64,000 nt of DNA from a virus. Its lineage: Duplodnaviria; Caudoviricetes. The stretch is from positions 1 through 64,000 of the IMG/VR virus record IMGVR_UViG_3300030376_004742. One strand, written 5' to 3'. Position numbers and translations under genes: made by a program. The notes beneath the pieces are model-generated. The model worked only from the letters and a program-made list of their open reading frames with translations. It ran no database searches and was not told the origin of the DNA. Shown piece after piece: positions 1 to 10,431 of this stretch (position 1 is the stretch's first letter; the number at the start of each line of letters is the position of its first letter).

Positions 1-1691
1 GTAGATCCTTGAATCTGTACATTACTAATAGTTCCTGGTTTTTGGTAATTTTTAGCCCATAAAGAATTTGTAGCTTCGTATGCTTTATTACTATAGCTAT
101 CCATTTCTGCTTGATATTTTGAAACAACTTTTATAGGATTTAATAAATTAGTAAATATTTGGTTAGCTTTATCAGCGTTTAGGTACTGTTGATCCTTTGA
201 CCAATCACCACCTCTAGTATTATTTGCTACTCTTTTTCTATTACCCATTATAGCAAGTAAACCCTCTTGTAAATCACCTAACTCACCTTGTAAGAATGTA
301 GCTGCGTTTGCATTTTTATGACTAGTTAAACCTTTATTATCATAACGTAAACTTTCTAATCTAGTCTTAATCGTATTTAATTTACTTAAAACTGATTTAG
401 GCATGTTTAATCCATTAAATGAATTTTCCATTTCAGCAATAGACGCAAGTGAAGATTCTAAATTTGAATTTAAATTTTTACCTGCTTTATCAAATTTTCC
501 AGTAAATTTACTATCTTGTTTTTCTTTAAGCCTAGTCCAATCTGAATTTTTAGTCTTCACTAAGTAATCTCGTTGAGCATCTATATTATTCATTTGTTTT
601 TTTAACTCTGTTACTTTACTTGGAGTTAAACTTGGATCTAATCCGTTGTTTATTCTTTTGTTATTTTCATTTAGTTGGTCTTGTATATTTTCACGGTTAG
701 TTAATAACTCCTTAATTTTGTTATCTCTGCCTTGATTAGTCGTAGCTCCAGTAGACAATACTTTTGTTTCTGTAGGAAGAATAACAGCCTTATTTTCCAT
801 GTCATACTTATGTTGTGCTCTATAAGCTTGATCAACATTTGTAGTAGATTTACCATGAATTACTGTACGGCCTACATTTAAGAAATTATTTCTTTGCATG
901 TTATCTAGTTCTTTATCTAGTTTTGCTTTAGTGTCTTTATCTAATGCATTGTATTGAGTTTCTACTAACCCTGCTTGCATTAATAAACGTAATTTTTCTT
1001 GTTTAAAAGCATCAGTAGTTTTCCAGTTCCCATACATTCTTTCTGCTTGTTCTTTTACTCTTTTACTAGAGATACCAGTCCAACCATTTTTGTATGCAAT
1101 ACCAGAACCTAAAAATTTAACTCCTTCGCTACCACTAGCCTTTAAAGGAGTAAATATTTCTAACGCATCACCAAAGTAATCTCTACCTTCTTGAATGCCT
1201 GCATCACCTAAACCTAAAGGACCTTCAAAGCCTTTACCGTCTTTTTTAGTATAATTTGCAAATCTCCAAAGATAATCCGCTTCTAACTCTTGAGCAGCAG
1301 CTCCATTACCTTTTTTAATTAATTCTTTATGTCTTTCTAAATATGCATTATGTGTATCTACAGATGCTTGAATCTTTTTTAAGTTTTTATCATTCTTAAT
1401 TTTATTCGTTAGCATTAAATACTTTCTTTGAAACTCTGGAGAAGTTCTATCTTGACTCATTGCATCTGATGCAAATTGTTGTACTTCTGATTTAATGTCT
1501 TCTACATATTGTGTATCTCTACCTTTTAAGGCAGCTTGTTCAAATTCTCCTAACTTAACAGAGGCAGCCAACATTTGGTCGGCTTTGCCCTGTTTTGCAT
1601 AAAGAGTCTTAGCCATTAAATCTACTGGTAGATTAACGGGTACAAACTGGCTTTTATACCTAGCTTGTGTTGGTCTAAAAAATCTATTCAT
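1..1691 (-). CDS. Virion cargo/ejection protein, 3'-truncated at window edge (starts MNRFFRPTQARYKSQFVPVNLP...)
   Basis: ATG at 1691 just after the stop of the upstream gene; frame is open at both ends where I translated it and runs off the left edge (about 563 codons), which explains its absence from the ORF track; position after muzzle and cargo-1 genes matches crAss-like gene order. Confidence 0.6.
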   Translation of the reverse strand, partial: MNRFFRPTQARYKSQFVPVNLPVDLMAKTLYAKQGKADQMLAASVKLGEFEQAALKGRDTQYVEDIKSEVQQFASDAMSQDRTSPEFQRKYLMLTNKIKNDKNLKKIQASVDTHNAYLERHKELIKKGNGAAAQELEADYLWRFANYTKKDGKGFEGPLGLGDAGIQEGRDYFGDALEIFTPLKASGSEGVKFLGSGIAYKNGWTGISSKRVKEQAERMYGNWKTTDAFKQEKLRLLMQAGLVETQYNALDKDTKAKLDKELDNMQRNNFLNVGRTVIHGKSTTNVDQAYRAQHKYDMENKAVILPTETKVLSTGATTNQGRDNKIKELLTNRENIQDQLNENNKRINNGLDPSLTPSKVTELKKQMNNIDAQRDYLVKTKNSDWTRLKEKQDSKFTGKFDKAGKNLNSNLESSLASIAEMENSFNGLNMPKSVLSKLNTIKTRLESLRYDNKGLTSHKNANAATFLQGELGDLQEGLLAIMGNRKRVANNTRGGDWSKDQQYLNADKANQIFTNLLNPIKVVSKYQAEMDSYSNKAYEATNSLWAKNYQKPGTISNVQIQGS

Positions 1692-1697
1692 AACTCT

Positions 1698-4600
1698 TTA
1701 ATTATATTTTTTTGTTTCTTTTTTTTCTTTACCTACATCTTTTGTAGCTTTGTCTCCTCCTATATACGTAATGTCAAATCCACCTTCGCCATTTGGTATT
1801 ACTTTATACTCTCCAGTGTTTAACATATTTAATATTCTCTTATTAGCAGCTAAATTTTCTCTGGTCATTGTTTTATCTTTAGTATATCCTTGAATATTAT
1901 CTGTTAATGTCGTTATAGCATTTTGCAGTGTAGTCTGCTCAGCAGCCTTATCCATTTGTTGAGCTTCTTTTTCTTTGATGCTTATATTTGCATTTATGTT
2001 TTTTACATTCTGAACATCTTGCGTATTCATCAGAGTTTCTTTGTCACTGATGTTATTTAGCATTTGGTTTTCTCCAGCTTCAATTCTTGCATTACCTGCT
2101 GATAAAGCCGCTAAAGCTTCACCTGTTGATGTAGCCGTATTACGAACATTTTTTCTAAGTGTTTTCTTAGCTCTCTCTGCAGAAGCTTTTACTTCTTTTT
2201 TCTGTGCATCTAATTTAATAGGAGTTTTTGTTACTCTATCAAAAGTCGTTGGGTTACTACCTAGTGCACTAGCCATCATAGTTCCTAAATTTGCTGCACC
2301 AGTTGCTAATAATGCTGTTTCTGGTGCACCCCAATTACCGTCTGTTTCTTCTGTTCCTTCTTTTTTTGCTTTTTTTGCTAAGCGTTTTTTCTCTCTGTCT
2401 GACAGATTCTGTAGCAGCATTAACTCTGCCATCTTTTTTGATTTTTCTTCCTCAGTTAAATTTCCAAAGTTTGTTATTGGCATTGGTTTACCATCTCTAC
2501 CTAAAAGCCCACGTTCTGGTGTATCAATAGGTTTAAGATCTTTGTACTCTAATCTAGGAATTGATAAATCAGGAACGTCATATCCTAAAGAATCTAAAAT
2601 TGTTGTCATAGTTTCTTTTTGCTCACCATATGTAGGTAGTGAATCATATACCATATCAGAAAGAGAGTTACTTTCTGACGTAGGAATACTATAAGTTAGG
2701 GCGTCATCAACAATACCTTGTTGGTTACCAGCTCCTGCTACTTCTTCTCTAATCATATCTAACTCTGACATCCCGTGTGGTCCACCATGATTATAATACT
2801 TTTTAGGTTCTTTGTTCATCGTACCACCATAAGCCATATGTTGGTATCCTTGGTTTTGTAAATTTAAATGTTGATCATATGTATTAGCAAATACTTGTTG
2901 TCCATTTTTATGCATCATATGTGGCTGAAAACTTTGTGGGTTTTGATTAGCCATTTGATTTTGGTTAGGCATTGGATTTTGATTAGTCATTGGATTTTGA
3001 TTACCCATTTGACCTCCATAAGCATAAACTTCATCTACATATTTAGTATAACTCATTCCTGCATCTTTAGCAGATTGTCTAATATTCATACGATCATTTT
3101 TATCTATCACGTATCTACCTTTAGAATCTTTATTAATCTGACCACCATATGCAGCAAATCCATCTGCTAATGTTCGTTGTTGTTGAGCATCTGCTTGTTG
3201 TTTTACTAACCTTGCTTGATCATTTTGAAATTTTAAGTCTTCAAGCTCTCTTTGTTGTGTCCTCATTGCAGGACCATCATTTTCATATTCTGAAAATTTA
3301 TCTGTAATCTTTTTTGCAGCGGTTGCAAATGTATTTCCTTTATCTGTTATTAACTGATCAGAAAAAATGTAATCCCCTACTCTTATTTCTCCATCTTCTA
3401 CTTCAGCAGTATTTCCTAAAGCAATTCCACCTTCTGCATGAGTATTACCATTATATTCTGTTGGTTTACCTGCTAAAGAAAAATCTCCTCCAGCAGCATA
3501 TTGTTCTAAAAGACCTCCATTACCCATTGTAGGTAAAGAGATTTTTTGGAACTCACTTTCAGGAGTAGGAGTAATTCCGTGATCTCTATAATACTTTGAT
3601 ATAGATACCCCCTCTGCTCTAGCCGCCGCTTTATCTTCTTCACTTGCTGTTTTTAATAACTCTATATTTGATTGGCTTTGTGCCATTTGAGCTGCTCTTT
3701 TCTCTCTTTCTGCTTTAGTATTAGCCATTCGTGTGAGAGTATTCATTTCTTTACCAGCAAAACCTTCATAAGTACCATACTCATCTGCGTCTAATAATTT
3801 TCCTGTAGTTGCATGTTTATATTGTTGTGTTCCAAATTGTGGACCTGAACGAGGTGTTGGTGTAGCTGTTGTATCACCAATACTTCTATATCTATTTAAT
3901 TCTGCTTGAGTTAGACTTGGCTTACTATAGTTGTTATCCCAAGAATTTCCGGACTCTCCTACCATTAAACTCTGGTCATTAATAAACTTATCAGCCATAA
4001 TTAACTCTGCTGTATAATTATTAATCTCGTTTTCTGCTTCAGCAATTTGATCTGCAGACATATTTGCTCTGTTTCTACCTAAATACTCTTTTGCGGATGT
4101 AATATTTGTAACAAGATTATTATGTCTATCTGTATGAAAACTTTGAATTTCTGCTGCACTTGCTTTATGTAAATTTGCGTCACTTATTGAGTCACGAGAC
4201 TCGTTGTATAGTACATTCATCCTATCTGTAATCGCGTTACCTGTTACTAGAGCATTAGGATCATTTTTCTGTGCCATAACACTGACTTCATCTAAGACTG
4301 TGTCAGCAGGATTTACTTGGTCAGGATCTGTAATATTATCAGAAATATCTGCTAATATATCTCCACCCTCTGCAAATCTTGGTAAAGTTCCACCATAAGC
4401 TTTAAAAGCACCTATAGAAGTAGGATCATAATTCATACCTCTTGCTTCTGTTATAGCTGCATTATAAGCTGTAACTTCTTCTTTTTTCTCTTGTGCTTCT
4501 TTGTTTGCAGATAACCCTCCAGTTACACCACCAATGATTGCACCTGCAGCACCACCAACTACTGTTCCTATTGGACCAAACGCACTACCAATCGTTGCAC

Positions 4601-5024
4601 CTGCTCCAGCTCCTGTACCTGCACCTGAAAGCGCTCCACTCCAAGTTTCATTAGTTGCATTAACTTCATTTTTTTCTTCAGTTGCATCAAGAAATGAGGC
4701 TGCTGTATCACCTGCAAATGAAGCTCCTGAACTTATAGCGGAAGCTGTTTTAGCAGAACTTGTACTGCTTGCTTCTCCACCTCCGCCTGTTCCACCTGCG
4801 CCGCTTATTGCGTCAAGATTCATACCTGCACCAGGCTCATCCGTAACTGGACCACCAATGGTAGATCCACCCATTGCAAATTTCTTTTTACCACCTAGGT
4901 TAATTCTTTTACCGCTAGAGTCTACTTCTATAAACTCTCCTGCGCTGTTTATTAAGAAATATGGCATAGAACCCTTAACGTTCTTAGGCATCTTCTTTGA
5001 AACATTTTTTTTATTTTTTTTCAT
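1698..5024 (-). CDS. Virion cargo protein 1-like (ejected, membrane-spanning) protein
   Basis: About 1108 aa from the likely start MKKNKKN at 5024 (the track start at 5090 lies inside the promoter/terminator); glycine-zipper hydrophobic segment GAGTGAGAGATIGSAFGPIGTVVGGAAGAIIGG; repeated [FYM]-A-x-G-G motifs; directly follows the muzzle gene as in crAss-like phages. Confidence 0.65.
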   Translation of the reverse strand: MKKNKKNVSKKMPKNVKGSMPYFLINSAGEFIEVDSSGKRINLGGKKKFAMGGSTIGGPVTDEPGAGMNLDAISGAGGTGGGGEASSTSSAKTASAISSGASFAGDTAASFLDATEEKNEVNATNETWSGALSGAGTGAGAGATIGSAFGPIGTVVGGAAGAIIGGVTGGLSANKEAQEKKEEVTAYNAAITEARGMNYDPTSIGAFKAYGGTLPRFAEGGDILADISDNITDPDQVNPADTVLDEVSVMAQKNDPNALVTGNAITDRMNVLYNESRDSISDANLHKASAAEIQSFHTDRHNNLVTNITSAKEYLGRNRANMSADQIAEAENEINNYTAELIMADKFINDQSLMVGESGNSWDNNYSKPSLTQAELNRYRSIGDTTATPTPRSGPQFGTQQYKHATTGKLLDADEYGTYEGFAGKEMNTLTRMANTKAEREKRAAQMAQSQSNIELLKTASEEDKAAARAEGVSISKYYRDHGITPTPESEFQKISLPTMGNGGLLEQYAAGGDFSLAGKPTEYNGNTHAEGGIALGNTAEVEDGEIRVGDYIFSDQLITDKGNTFATAAKKITDKFSEYENDGPAMRTQQRELEDLKFQNDQARLVKQQADAQQQRTLADGFAAYGGQINKDSKGRYVIDKNDRMNIRQSAKDAGMSYTKYVDEVYAYGGQMGNQNPMTNQNPMPNQNQMANQNPQSFQPHMMHKNGQQVFANTYDQHLNLQNQGYQHMAYGGTMNKEPKKYYNHGGPHGMSELDMIREEVAGAGNQQGIVDDALTYSIPTSESNSLSDMVYDSLPTYGEQKETMTTILDSLGYDVPDLSIPRLEYKDLKPIDTPERGLLGRDGKPMPITNFGNLTEEEKSKKMAELMLLQNLSDREKKRLAKKAKKEGTEETDGNWGAPETALLATGAANLGTMMASALGSNPTTFDRVTKTPIKLDAQKKEVKASAERAKKTLRKNVRNTATSTGEALAALSAGNARIEAGENQMLNNISDKETLMNTQDVQNVKNINANISIKEKEAQQMDKAAEQTTLQNAITTLTDNIQGYTKDKTMTRENLAANKRILNMLNTGEYKVIPNGEGGFDITYIGGDKATKDVGKEKKETKKYN
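2935..3008 (-). repeat. 18-nt tandem repeat x4 encoding NQNP(M/Q)x units
   Basis: Protein reads GNQNPMTNQNPMPNQNQMANQNPQS; plus strand shows recurring ggattttgattag-like units. Confidence 0.85.
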
Positions 5025-5063
5025 AATATATTTGGTTATGTCTAACTTTGTACTGAATAAGTA

Positions 5064-5071
5064 CAAAGATA
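5064..5071 (-). promoter_or_regulatory. Bacteroidota housekeeping-sigma -7 box TATCTTTG for the cargo gene
   Basis: caaagata on plus strand, 40 nt upstream of ATG 5024. Confidence 0.7.
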
Positions 5072-5076
5072 AATAA

Positions 5077-5108
5077 AAAAAAGGAAACATCCAAAGATAT
5101 TCCCTTTT
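5077..5108 (-). terminator. Intrinsic terminator after muzzle gene
   Basis: Minus strand AAAAGGGAAUAUC-UUUG-GAUGUUUCCUUUUUUUU. Confidence 0.75.
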
Positions 5109-5158
5109 ATTTTTAAACTTATTTTATTGTGTAATAAAACTTATTATTTTACGTAATG

Positions 5159-8100
5159 TTATAGCTTTGTTGGTGTAAATGAATAAATGACATCATGTAT
5201 TACTTTTCTAATTCCACTATCATTGTTATATTTCAAAATCATCTCTAACCATGGATTACGCATTCTAGATAACTCTTTATCAGTCTCTCTAGGTATTGCT
5301 GCTCTCCATGTTCTCATGCGTCGTTTCATATTATCTGACGTAATAGTTATTTCACCAGTGTCTTGATAATTGTTTTTAAACTGCATAGTATCAAATGTTT
5401 CGTTATACAGATCATTACCATTAGCATCATATGCTTCATTAACAAATGCTATGTTATTCCATATTTTATTTACATCTGCCGGTTGCGTAAAGATAGTATG
5501 TAACTCTGACGTTGATTTTATTCCATAAAACTCACCAGGTGTACCAGCATTATGTTGATACAAAGCATTAGGATTATTAGGATCTACAGAAAACAAACGT
5601 CTACCATATTCTAAATACATTTTTGGATGATAATCATAAAAACTTTCAAAAGCCCCTAACATTTCATTATAACTTAATGTTATATTAGGTGCAGATTTTG
5701 GTTCAAATTTATCTGGATCAAAAAAATCTGGTTCTGCTTGTGGTTGAGATACAGGTACTGTTTGTTCTGTTGCATTATAATAAACTGTACCATTACTCAT
5801 TGTAAATGAACCAGCAGGTATAACATAATAATTATCACTACCTAAACCACTTCCAAAAGATGCATTAGGATTTACCCAATAGTTTACTGGATAAACTTTG
5901 TTATCATTTAAGAATGTATACAACACTCTATTATATCGTTGATCATATACCCCATGTACTCCTAAAGGTATACTTAATCCATTTGCTCTTAGTGTTTTAT
6001 CTACATTACTTAAACTACCATTCATATTAGCGGCAAACCAACTGTTTAATCCTTTTAAATCTGATATTGGTTGTACGCCACCAGCATATTTCATAAACTT
6101 CTTTTGTCTTGCATCATAATGATACACAGCTGAATCTGTAGGTACTACTGAAAACTGATGTATTGTTCCGGTCTTTGTAGATAAATATCTATAATCCGGG
6201 AATACACCTCCTTCACCTAATACTAATGATTGACCTGATTGATCATTAATTACACTACGTTCATCTAAAGAAGCAATACCAAATGCTCTATCTTGATAGT
6301 ACATTAAGTTATCTTTAAATGATAAGATTCTATTTATAGGTCCGTATATTCCATCTACCTCTGTTTTATTAGCAATTGGAAATCTACGCCAAGAATCAAA
6401 TAACTCACCATTTAGTTTAGTATCAGAAGCCCATAATTGGTTAGGATGATTTTCTACAAACTGACTTAAAAAGTCTTCTGCAAAGTACTTTTTTTGTACT
6501 CTATCTTCTCCCATCCAACCAGCATAAATAGAATTGTTATTTTGTGAATAAGAAGTAAAGTCTGTTCTATTTCTACGCCATACGTTTCCTGTTCGCATTT
6601 CTGTGTTGACACTAGATTCACATGGTACACAAACTGCTACTGATAACCTGTTGGTATCTTGAGGCTTGTAATTTGTATGAATAGGCATTGCATCATCATT
6701 ATAAGCTTCTATCTGTTCAGAGTCATAATAGTTTACATATGTATCTCCACCAAATACTTTAGTACTTAAATTATTAGCAGCCGGTAAATCTTTAGTCATT
6801 TGAAAATGCCCTATGTATAAGTACTCATTTGTACTTCTACTTTCATAACTATTACCACCATACTGATTTTCTAAGTATCTTCTATAACTAACTAATTTTC
6901 CTACCATAGGCGCATTACTGTACTTGTTACCAGCAAAGTCTACTAGTACCCCATTAAGTAGTCCAGGTCCTCCTGATTGATTACGGTAATTCCTAGTTCC
7001 ATTAAACCAAAATGCTCCACTATGTGCAGCGGTAGCCATATGTGGAGTAGTAGTTGTTATTCCTGACCCAGGTATTTCTTCAGTATTTAGTTGATAAAAT
7101 AGTTTAGTATTTCCTATTCCTAATGGATGTAACTCTTTACTTCCACCAGTAAAAGTAGTATTATGTCTACTATAAGAACTATTATGTACTCCAGGATTAT
7201 TATCTTGCCCATTACCAGCAAGATCATAAGTAATAGGTACTGGATTCAAAGACGGTAATAATGGATGTGGAGCTCTTATAATTTCTCCTGGTCTTAGTAT
7301 TTGACCATATTTTACTTCTACTCTATCTGTTACCGCGTTTTCATACGCTGCTATATCTTGGGAGCTAAAAATTTTATAATAAACTCCTGTTTGTGAGTCT
7401 CCTCCGGCACCACCAGGACCTCCTGGATTTTCTAAATAGGTTGTTGCATAAGCTCCCGCGTGACAAATATGTTCTATATAATCTCCTGCTTTATAACCAT
7501 AAGATTGATCTACTTGTCCTAATGGACTAATCAAATATCCCATTCGTCTCCACTTTGGTGTAAGATAACCATAAGCAGAAATATCAATTTTATCATGTAA
7601 ATGCATTAATACATTATCATTACTTCCATCAAGATGTACTCTACAACTCATTTCAAAAGGATCATTAGCAGGATTCCCACTACCTAAACCTAAACCGCTT
7701 ATATACCAGCTATGCATTATAGTATTAGAATAATCTTCTTGCATTGCATCATAGAACATATGTATTCCACTACCTAGGTTTTTCTTATTTGCTGTAGTTC
7801 TTTCTAATCTTACTATAGAGTAACCACTAATTTTATCAGCAATCGTACTTACATCTACGGTAAACTCAATCCCTAATTGTTGTAAATATACAGTACCATA
7901 TGTAGCTTCAGTTAATACGGATGTATAGATATTAAAAGCACCTCCCTTATCTCTTGCGTCGGGAAATCTAATATCTCCTATCCATTTTACAAATCCTACT
8001 GTTCCTTTTTTATCATAAAGAACAACAGCAAATCTATAAGTTTCTCCTCTAGAGTAACCAGAAAAATTTGCATGTGCCCACGGCGCAGACATTGTATCTG

Positions 8101-9667
8101 TTTGGTTTTCTCTATAGATTGGTTTTAAACTTCCATCTGCTTCTAAAGCTCCAGAATAAAGTGGCGCAGTACCATAATCAAAATATTGAGGAGTATAGTG
8201 CTCCGGAGCAGTTGTTGTACCTAAACCTAGCCGCCATGTATGGCCACTAACTCCTTGTGTTACAAATTTATAACTAACAAATTTTCCAGACCCTCCTAAT
8301 GTTGAACCATCTTTTTGATATTTATAAGTTTGATCTGCCGTAAACCAATCTGCGTTTGCTTCGTCGTTATGAATATTAATAGCATCATGTTTTTCTGGAA
8401 CAGAATCCCAATCTGGAGTAGCCGTTCCACCTAGTAATACTACATCTTGCGTATTATCCGTTGAGTCTTGTAATAAAGCAACTGGGAAACCAGTTGTTGA
8501 CGGTGCATCTTGTACTGGACTTACTGGAGTATACTGTCCTCCTGGTGCATTAAATCTATAAGCTCGTGCATCCCATTCATCTAAAGCAAAATCTTTAGTA
8601 CCAATGTTTGCTGCTATTAATCTATTTCCTTGTACTTCAATATCTTTAGCAGTATCAAAACCCTTATTAATTATTGCATACTCTTCTAATGGAATAATAG
8701 TAGCTACAGTCTCATTTAATTCTGTTACAGCTACTTCTACATATCCATTACTTGGAATACCTTCTTCTTTAAACTGCCATATATTAGCTAACGTACCATC
8801 TGCATTATAAAGTATTGCAATATGCTGAACCGCTTCATATGTAGTATCTAAACCAGTAATAGAATAAGATAATCCTCTACTTGCACTAGTTCCACCTCCT
8901 GCAAAAGAAGAATATGAAAAAGCATCTGTAGATGATTGATTTAGTGGGTACATTGGTGTTGGAGGCGCATAGCCTGTTTCTCCACCACTTGCCTTAAGTA
9001 ATCTATATGTTACTGCTATTTGTGTACCAGACGTAATACTACCATTAATAACTCCTGTTACTGTTGGTTGTGCTAATGATACTCCTGGAAACAAATCAAC
9101 TGTTGCTACTGGTACATCAAAACTATTAGGATCTGCTAAATTAAAAACTCTAACTTGATTATAATTATCTGTCCAATATACACGTTTCTTTTCTTCCGTT
9201 TCAAATAAAGCAATAGCTCTACCTATACGGTAGTCTGTAGAAAAACTAAGTTTTTGATTATAAATTAAATGTGAACTTGCTACTAATTCATTTGTAACAG
9301 CATCTATACCTATAATAGTATCTGTAGCCTCATCATATTTACATACCCAAATTTGCCCATATCCATTAGGAGTAGGTGATGTCTCATTAGTTGAAAAAAT
9401 AATAATTTCATCAACTAACGTTGTTGACCCAATAATGTGTAAATCATGTTGAGCCGGTATAATTGTACCATCTGTTAACGTCATTTCGCTTACATTTGGT
9501 AATTTAAATGATATTTTATTTCCCTTTTCTGTCTCCAATGATCCAGAAGATGAACCTCCATCAGTAACAACTTTAAAATTCGTTGCAGAATAGTAAGAGT
9601 TATTATCTCGTTTAGAGTAAGAACTATCTTGATTCATCCCTTTAAGGTATCCTTGTTTTCCTTCCAT
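5159..9667 (-). CDS. Tail muzzle / stabilization protein (crAss-like, P22 gp10-related)
   Basis: 1502 aa beta-rich protein; N-terminus KGMNQDSSYSKRDNNSYYSATNFKVV and C-terminal MKRRMRTWRAAIPR...RMRNPW are typical of the family; follows the ring protein gene. Confidence 0.8.
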   Translation of the reverse strand: MEGKQGYLKGMNQDSSYSKRDNNSYYSATNFKVVTDGGSSSGSLETEKGNKISFKLPNVSEMTLTDGTIIPAQHDLHIIGSTTLVDEIIIFSTNETSPTPNGYGQIWVCKYDEATDTIIGIDAVTNELVASSHLIYNQKLSFSTDYRIGRAIALFETEEKKRVYWTDNYNQVRVFNLADPNSFDVPVATVDLFPGVSLAQPTVTGVINGSITSGTQIAVTYRLLKASGGETGYAPPTPMYPLNQSSTDAFSYSSFAGGGTSASRGLSYSITGLDTTYEAVQHIAILYNADGTLANIWQFKEEGIPSNGYVEVAVTELNETVATIIPLEEYAIINKGFDTAKDIEVQGNRLIAANIGTKDFALDEWDARAYRFNAPGGQYTPVSPVQDAPSTTGFPVALLQDSTDNTQDVVLLGGTATPDWDSVPEKHDAINIHNDEANADWFTADQTYKYQKDGSTLGGSGKFVSYKFVTQGVSGHTWRLGLGTTTAPEHYTPQYFDYGTAPLYSGALEADGSLKPIYRENQTDTMSAPWAHANFSGYSRGETYRFAVVLYDKKGTVGFVKWIGDIRFPDARDKGGAFNIYTSVLTEATYGTVYLQQLGIEFTVDVSTIADKISGYSIVRLERTTANKKNLGSGIHMFYDAMQEDYSNTIMHSWYISGLGLGSGNPANDPFEMSCRVHLDGSNDNVLMHLHDKIDISAYGYLTPKWRRMGYLISPLGQVDQSYGYKAGDYIEHICHAGAYATTYLENPGGPGGAGGDSQTGVYYKIFSSQDIAAYENAVTDRVEVKYGQILRPGEIIRAPHPLLPSLNPVPITYDLAGNGQDNNPGVHNSSYSRHNTTFTGGSKELHPLGIGNTKLFYQLNTEEIPGSGITTTTPHMATAAHSGAFWFNGTRNYRNQSGGPGLLNGVLVDFAGNKYSNAPMVGKLVSYRRYLENQYGGNSYESRSTNEYLYIGHFQMTKDLPAANNLSTKVFGGDTYVNYYDSEQIEAYNDDAMPIHTNYKPQDTNRLSVAVCVPCESSVNTEMRTGNVWRRNRTDFTSYSQNNNSIYAGWMGEDRVQKKYFAEDFLSQFVENHPNQLWASDTKLNGELFDSWRRFPIANKTEVDGIYGPINRILSFKDNLMYYQDRAFGIASLDERSVINDQSGQSLVLGEGGVFPDYRYLSTKTGTIHQFSVVPTDSAVYHYDARQKKFMKYAGGVQPISDLKGLNSWFAANMNGSLSNVDKTLRANGLSIPLGVHGVYDQRYNRVLYTFLNDNKVYPVNYWVNPNASFGSGLGSDNYYVIPAGSFTMSNGTVYYNATEQTVPVSQPQAEPDFFDPDKFEPKSAPNITLSYNEMLGAFESFYDYHPKMYLEYGRRLFSVDPNNPNALYQHNAGTPGEFYGIKSTSELHTIFTQPADVNKIWNNIAFVNEAYDANGNDLYNETFDTMQFKNNYQDTGEITITSDNMKRRMRTWRAAIPRETDKELSRMRNPWLEMILKYNNDSGIRKVIHDVIYSFTPTKL

Positions 9668-9669
9668 AA

Positions 9670-10422
9670 CTATGAGTTAAGTGTATTTCTTTTTTCTGCT
9701 TCTCCTGCAGACTTATGTCCATCTCCGTGCTGGTTAATCTTAGGGATTAATCTCAGCCAATTATTTTTAATTGATTCTGCCATATCTACTGAAGGCATTT
9801 TATCTCTAGATTGAGCTGCTCCAATATACCAATCTCTATCTTGTTCTAGTTTTTGATACACTGCTCCAGGCATTTTTCCTGACATCCATTTAATAAAACC
9901 TAATCTCCATTTAATGTGAGAAGCTACTGCTTCTTTAAATTTAACATCGTCTGGTATCTTTGGATAACCTCTATCATCTACTGGCATAGCCATATAAGAT
10001 ACTAAAACTTTTCCTTCAGAGAAATTAGGAAATAAATAATCATCATTAACTGTGTAAGTCAAATCAGAATCACAATCTGAATCTTCTGAAAAACCACATC
10101 TCCAGTGATGATAAGAATCTGTTGTGTAACGCATAGCTTTATAAGATATGTTTTTAGTATCACACTCGTCTTTATCTATTTTCATATCTACTCCAGCTAC
10201 AGTATTAATGTAGTGTAGTTCTACTGGTAATTTGGTTTTATAATTTACTACGTCTAAAGATCTTACTTTTTCATCTAAGAAAACAGTTGCACCTATGAAT
10301 TCCATAGCTTCACCTGCCCACTCAATTGCGTCTGTAATATCTAGACCATCTGTCATACCCATATCCCGGTATACTTTTGCAAGTACTGGTTCTATAGATA
10401 CATATTTTCCGTTTCCAAGCAT
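9670..10422 (-). CDS. Tail ring / tubular protein (P22 gp4-like adaptor)
   Basis: 250 aa; DAIEWAGEA and YMAMPVDDRGYPKIPD motifs; position immediately upstream of muzzle. Confidence 0.75.
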   Translation of the reverse strand: MLGNGKYVSIEPVLAKVYRDMGMTDGLDITDAIEWAGEAMEFIGATVFLDEKVRSLDVVNYKTKLPVELHYINTVAGVDMKIDKDECDTKNISYKAMRYTTDSYHHWRCGFSEDSDCDSDLTYTVNDDYLFPNFSEGKVLVSYMAMPVDDRGYPKIPDDVKFKEAVASHIKWRLGFIKWMSGKMPGAVYQKLEQDRDWYIGAAQSRDKMPSVDMAESIKNNWLRLIPKINQHGDGHKSAGEAEKRNTLNS

Positions 10423-10431
10423 TATTTTATT

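Noticed and set aside
2041-5076. Plus-strand ORFs antisense to the cargo gene (2041, 2291, 2868, 3314, 4204, 4501)
   Set aside because: Shadow frames of a strongly biased minus-strand gene; low-complexity products without motifs
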